From: Christensenella sp. UBA4247
Lineage (GTDB): Bacteria; Bacillota; Clostridia; Christensenellales; CAG-1252
Direction: 5' to 3'
Length of the DNA stretch: 56,652 bases
Assembly: GCA_002395405.1 (NCBI GenBank)
Contig: DGWX01000022.1
Coordinates: 4,039 to 60,690 of the forward strand
Shown here: positions 52,723 to 56,652 of the stretch, piece by piece
Position numbering within the stretch: the stretch's first letter is position 1
Layout of the letters: every line of letters begins with the position of its first letter
The notes under the pieces: generated by a model
What the model saw: only the letters and a program-made list of their open reading frames with translations
The model's database searches: none
What the model was told of the DNA's origin: nothing
Position numbers and translations under genes: made by a program

Positions 52723-54564
52723 ATGAACGAAAAGATCCGCGTAAAACTCAAAGAACTGCCGAATGACAGCGGCGTTTATAAGATGCTGGACGAAAGGGGA
52801 GAGATCATATACGTCGGCAAGGCGAAAAATCTCAAAAACCGCGTTCGTTCCTATTGGAACGCTTCTCCCAAAGGGGAAAAAGTCCTCGCTATGGTTCAAA
52901 AGGTCGAGGATTTCGATTATATCATTACTCGTACCGAAGAGGAAGCTCTCGTTCTCGAAAATAATTTAATCAAACTGCATAAACCGTTTTACAATATTCT
53001 GCTGAAAGACGATAAGCTCTATCCCTTTCTTCGTATCGACGTATCGAAACCCTTTCCGAAAGTGGAAGTGATCCGCCGATTGAAAGCGGATCGGGCGCGC
53101 TATTTCGGTCCGTATATGGTGGGGATCTCGGCGGCGGAAATGCTGAAACTCATCCATTCGGCGTTTCCCGTTCGCGATTGCGCGCTCAATATGGAAAAGA
53201 TCCCGAAGAACCATCGCCCGTGCTTAAACGCGCATATCGGGCGTTGCTTGGCGCCGTGTACGGGGAAAGTATCGAAAGAAGCGTATCGCGCGGTTCTTAC
53301 CGACGTTATTTCCTTCTTAAACGGAAACGACGATACGATCAGAGACAATCTCGAACGCAAAATGCGAGAAGCGTCGGAAAATATGCAGTACGAGCAGGCG
53401 ATATTTTATCGCGATCAGATCGCGACGCTGGAAAAGATGATCCGCCGTCAGATCGCCGCGCTGCCCAAAGATTTCAATCTCGACGTGTTCGGGATCGCTT
53501 CGGGCGGAGACGGAATGGCGGTCGCCACCGTTCTCGTTCGCGGCGGCAAGATCGTGGGCGGCGAAAAGTTCGCGATCCGCGACGGTAGTATCGATCTTGC
53601 GGGAACATTATCCAGCTTTATCAATCGCTATTATGACGAAGGCGTGGTTTGCGAAGGGGTCGTAACTTCGTATCCCCTGCCGGACGAAGCGGCGCTTTCC
53701 GCCGTATTATCCCGGAAAAAGGGAGAAAAAGTAACCGTTTCGTCGCCGAAGAGCGGCGTAAGGCGGCAGCTTGCCGAAATCGCCACGAAGAACGCGCTCG
53801 AATACCTTTCCCGATCAACGGAAGAATTGTCGCGCAAAGAGCGCCTGACGACGGGCGCTTGTAAAAATCTCGCCGATCTTTTGGGACTTTCCTCTTCGCT
53901 CGATCGTATCGAGTGTTTCGATATCAGCCATATCAGCGGAACGGATAAAGTCAGCTCGATGGTCGTGTTTACCAAAGGAGAGAAGGACGCGAAAATGTAT
54001 CGAACGTTTCGCATTAAAACGGTGGAAGGGAATAATGACTTCGCTTGTATGAAAGAAACGCTGTCTCGCCGATTCGCGCGCCTGAAAGAAGGAAAAGATC
54101 TTTCTTTCGGTACGCGCCCCGATCTCCTTGTTATAGACGGCGGTATCGGGCAAGTCCATTACGCGATGGAAGCGATGAAAGAAGCGGGAGAAAATATTCC
54201 GATGATCGGCCTTGCCGAACGGGAAGAGATCATCGTTTTAACGACGGGAGAAGAGATCGTTCTTCCGAAATCCGCGTTTGCGCTACGCCTTTTGATCCGA
54301 ATTCGAGACGAAGCGCACCGCTTTGCGATCACCTTCCACAGAAAGCTTCGCGCGAAACGCAGTATTAAAAGCTTGCTTCTCGAAATAGACGGAGTAGGCG
54401 AAAAAACGGTCAAAGCGCTCCATAAAGCGTTCGGCTCGTTAGACGAACTCAGGACGGCGTCCGCGTCCGAGATCGCCTCGGTCAAGGGCGTTACGCGCCC
54501 CTCCGCCGAAAAGATATTCGCCTTTTTCCGCGAAAGAGAAAAAGCCGCCGAAGGGCGCGAATGA
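52723..54564 (+). CDS. uvrC: excinuclease ABC subunit C
   Basis: GIY-YIG (GVYKMLDERGEIIYVGKAKNLKNRVRSY), UvrBC-interaction region, Endo V-like domain, C-terminal (HhH)2. Confidence 0.95.
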   Translation: MNEKIRVKLKELPNDSGVYKMLDERGEIIYVGKAKNLKNRVRSYWNASPKGEKVLAMVQKVEDFDYIITRTEEEALVLENNLIKLHKPFYNILLKDDKLYPFLRIDVSKPFPKVEVIRRLKADRARYFGPYMVGISAAEMLKLIHSAFPVRDCALNMEKIPKNHRPCLNAHIGRCLAPCTGKVSKEAYRAVLTDVISFLNGNDDTIRDNLERKMREASENMQYEQAIFYRDQIATLEKMIRRQIAALPKDFNLDVFGIASGGDGMAVATVLVRGGKIVGGEKFAIRDGSIDLAGTLSSFINRYYDEGVVCEGVVTSYPLPDEAALSAVLSRKKGEKVTVSSPKSGVRRQLAEIATKNALEYLSRSTEELSRKERLTTGACKNLADLLGLSSSLDRIECFDISHISGTDKVSSMVVFTKGEKDAKMYRTFRIKTVEGNNDFACMKETLSRRFARLKEGKDLSFGTRPDLLVIDGGIGQVHYAMEAMKEAGENIPMIGLAEREEIIVLTTGEEIVLPKSAFALRLLIRIRDEAHRFAITFHRKLRAKRSIKSLLLEIDGVGEKTVKALHKAFGSLDELRTASASEIASVKGVTRPSAEKIFAFFREREKAAEGRE

Positions 54565-54567
54565 GAA

Positions 54568-54594
54568 ACGGCCGCTTTTGCGGCGCCGTTTTTT
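54568..54594 (+). terminator. intrinsic terminator after uvrC
   Basis: GC-rich imperfect hairpin ACGGCCGC-TTTT-GCGGCGCCGT followed by TTTTTT. Confidence 0.55.
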
Positions 54595-54710
54595 ATGCCG
54601 CGCATGCAAGCGACCCCTATCGGTTTTCCCGCATGGGGATTCTCCGTTTCAAAATAAATTTTATTGCTTAACTACTTTTAATAAGCTATAATTATTTTAT
54701 ACGGTGCATT

Positions 54711-55520
54711 ATGAAATACTCTTTGATAGCAAGTGATTTTGACGGAACGATTTATGACGGAAAAACCGTCAGTCCGCGCGTGATCCGCGCGATCGCCTCT
54801 TTTCGCGAGGCAGGGGGGATCTTTGCGATCGCCACGGGAAGGGTCTTTTCTTCGATTCAAAAAAAGATCCCGTCCGTAGGGGCGGACGACTATTGCATCG
54901 CCGCGCAAGGGTCTGCGTTTTATCGCGCGTCCACGGGCGAAGTCCTCGGGCGTTTCCCTCTTCCGCGTGAAGTCGCGATGCAAGCGCTCGCATATTTTGA
55001 AGAGAGGAACATCATTTGCCACGCGTATGCGGATAGCGAATATTACGTATCCAAGGCGAACCGCATGACGGACGTTTACGCTTCGTATTGCGAGGTTCTC
55101 CCGACCGTTGCCGATATGCCGCTTTCTTCCTATCTTCGCCCCGACTTTTCCCCGAATAAGATCATGGGGATCGTTCCGGCTCTCGAGATGGATCAAACGA
55201 TCGAAGAGGTCAAAAAACTCCTTGGGGATCAAGTGGAAGTCACCAAAAGTTCTCCGATCTTTCTCGAAATCACGAGTGCTTCGGCAGGGAAAGGAAACGC
55301 GCTCGTCGCGCTTGCGAAGTATCTCGGCGTTCCCATGGAAAAAACGGTCGCGGTGGGAGACAATCTAAACGATCTTTCGATGATCCGCGCGGCAGGTCTC
55401 GGCGCGGCGGTCGGAAACGCGGTGGACGAATTGAAAAGCGCAGCGGACGCTCTTCTCCCTCCGATCGGAGAGGACGGAGTCGCCGTTTTGATCGAAAAGA
55501 TATTGAAAAAAGAAATTTGA
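54711..55520 (+). CDS. Cof-type HAD-IIB phosphatase
   Basis: LIASDFDGTI (motif I), ATGR, VAVGDNLNDLSM (motif IV). Confidence 0.85.
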   Translation: MKYSLIASDFDGTIYDGKTVSPRVIRAIASFREAGGIFAIATGRVFSSIQKKIPSVGADDYCIAAQGSAFYRASTGEVLGRFPLPREVAMQALAYFEERNIICHAYADSEYYVSKANRMTDVYASYCEVLPTVADMPLSSYLRPDFSPNKIMGIVPALEMDQTIEEVKKLLGDQVEVTKSSPIFLEITSASAGKGNALVALAKYLGVPMEKTVAVGDNLNDLSMIRAAGLGAAVGNAVDELKSAADALLPPIGEDGVAVLIEKILKKEI

Positions 55521-55564
55521 CGCGGAAATCGAAAAGACTCTCTTACGGAGAAAAAGGAGGGCGT

Positions 55565-56512
55565 ATGCTCGGACGATATAACAGAGAAAAAGAGGAAAAA
55601 GGCGTAAGCGCCGTCTCCGCGGAAGCTTTTGCCGCCGCGCTGTCTTTGTCGCCCGTTTGCTTGCCGGCAAACGCTTCTTTGACCTTTTCCACGCCCGCGG
55701 TTTGTAGGCCGGGGCTTTTCCTTGCGGGGTACGAAGAGTTTTTCGCAAAAAGCCGCGTGGTCGTGTTCGGAAGTGCGGAAATGAGCTTTGCCGATCATTT
55801 GCCCAAAGAGGTCTTGCTCGAGCGGGCGAGGCGCCTTTTTGCCTTGAAGATCCCTTGCGCCGTGATCGCGAGAGGGATCAAACCTCTGCCCGAGCTCGTT
55901 CGGGCTGCGGAAGAAAATCGGATCCCGCTCTTTTCCTCTAAGGAGATAACGGGCGTTATCGGCAGAAAAATCAGCGACTATATTACGAGCGCGCTTGCGG
56001 AAAAGATCACGATACACGGCGTCCTTGCGGACGTAGCGGGTATGGGCGTTCTCCTAACGGGGAAAAGCGGCATCGGGAAAAGCGAAGTTGCGCTCGAACT
56101 TGTCCATAGAGGGCATAGGCTCGTTGCGGATGACAGCGTCATAATCAAGAAAAAAGGCGAGATTTTGATCGGAAGCGCGCCCGACACGATCCGACATATG
56201 CTCGAAATTCGCGGCGTCGGGATCATCAACGTTGAAAGAATGTTCGGTTCGGTGGCGGTCCGAGTCAATAAATCGGTGGACGCGGTCTTCGAACTTTCGG
56301 AATGGGAAGAAGGAAAGACGTATGAGCGGATCGGAGCGGAAAACCTTCAAACGGAGATCCTCGGCGTAAGCCTTCCCAAACTCGAGATCCCCGTCAAAGC
56401 GGGTAGGAACCTCTGCGTTGTCATCGAAGCGGCGGTCGCTTCGCTGAGACTGAAAGAAATGGGATACAGCGCGCCTGCGGAACTCGAAAAACGGCTCGAA
56501 CAAAGCGAATAA
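55565..56512 (+). CDS. hprK: HPr kinase/phosphorylase
   Basis: P-loop GVLLTGKSGIGKSEVALEL, RLVADD, signature LEIRGVGIINV. Start set at MLGRYN behind a GGAGG RBS. Confidence 0.9.
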   Translation: MLGRYNREKEEKGVSAVSAEAFAAALSLSPVCLPANASLTFSTPAVCRPGLFLAGYEEFFAKSRVVVFGSAEMSFADHLPKEVLLERARRLFALKIPCAVIARGIKPLPELVRAAEENRIPLFSSKEITGVIGRKISDYITSALAEKITIHGVLADVAGMGVLLTGKSGIGKSEVALELVHRGHRLVADDSVIIKKKGEILIGSAPDTIRHMLEIRGVGIINVERMFGSVAVRVNKSVDAVFELSEWEEGKTYERIGAENLQTEILGVSLPKLEIPVKAGRNLCVVIEAAVASLRLKEMGYSAPAELEKRLEQSE

Positions 56513-56546
56513 TAATCGCGGCTTTTTCTCCATATACTATATCGCT

Positions 56547-56652
56547 ATGCAGGTTTGGTTTAAGGAGATAAAAGAGGAACTCGGCAAAGCGAATATCCCC
56601 TATCGGGAATGGGTAAAGGGAGGCGAGCTGACAACGTTCGGCTCGGGAGGCT
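56547..56652 (+). CDS. murB: 5' end of probable UDP-N-acetylenolpyruvoylglucosamine reductase (partial, runs off the window)
   Basis: MQVWFKEIKEELGKANIPYREWVKGGELTTFGSGG. The TTFxxGG block and the position after hprK fit MurB, but only 35 aa are visible. Confidence 0.4.
   Translation, partial: MQVWFKEIKEELGKANIPYREWVKGGELTTFGSGG

Overview
The window reads as a Bacillota, Clostridia-like chromosomal segment. Supporting signs are a gpr spore protease, cdaA, hprK, Gram-positive sigma-A type promoters, and many ATGA/TGATG/TAATG translational couplings. Most of it is housekeeping: relA, hflX, dut, rpsT, murI, glf, ppa, holA, cdaA, lysC, glcK, rpmE, prmC, prfA, thrC, trpS, uvrC, hprK and the 5' end of murB. 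I also call one tRNA-Leu(CAA), a complete FMN riboswitch unit upstream of a RibU-like ECF S-component, an IS110-family insertion, and a CsoR / P1B-ATPase metal module. No CRISPR array or rRNA is present.

The most unusual content, in rough order of interest:
1. A PadR-headed, tightly coupled operon at 988-6835. It combines an SF1 UvrD-like helicase, a coiled-coil protein, a membrane-anchored protein with GLUG-type repeats, and a tiny TM protein.
2. An exact JAMM/RadC-type metalloprotease motif at the N-terminus of HflX.
3. A P1B-ATPase with an extreme His/Asp/Cys N-terminus, encoded by tandem DNA repeats, under an apparently Cu-type CsoR.
4. A single ORF fusing DUF1385 to PrmC.
5. A DUF5685 gene, an HPD-less J-like protein with a Cys-rich tail, and a membrane protein, all coupled to thrC-trpS.
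6. A tiny Cys-tailed membrane peptide divergent from an ArsR regulator.
7. A recurring -35/17/-10/6/start-codon geometry that suggests several leaderless mRNAs.

Every family assignment is based on motif recognition by eye; no database search was run.
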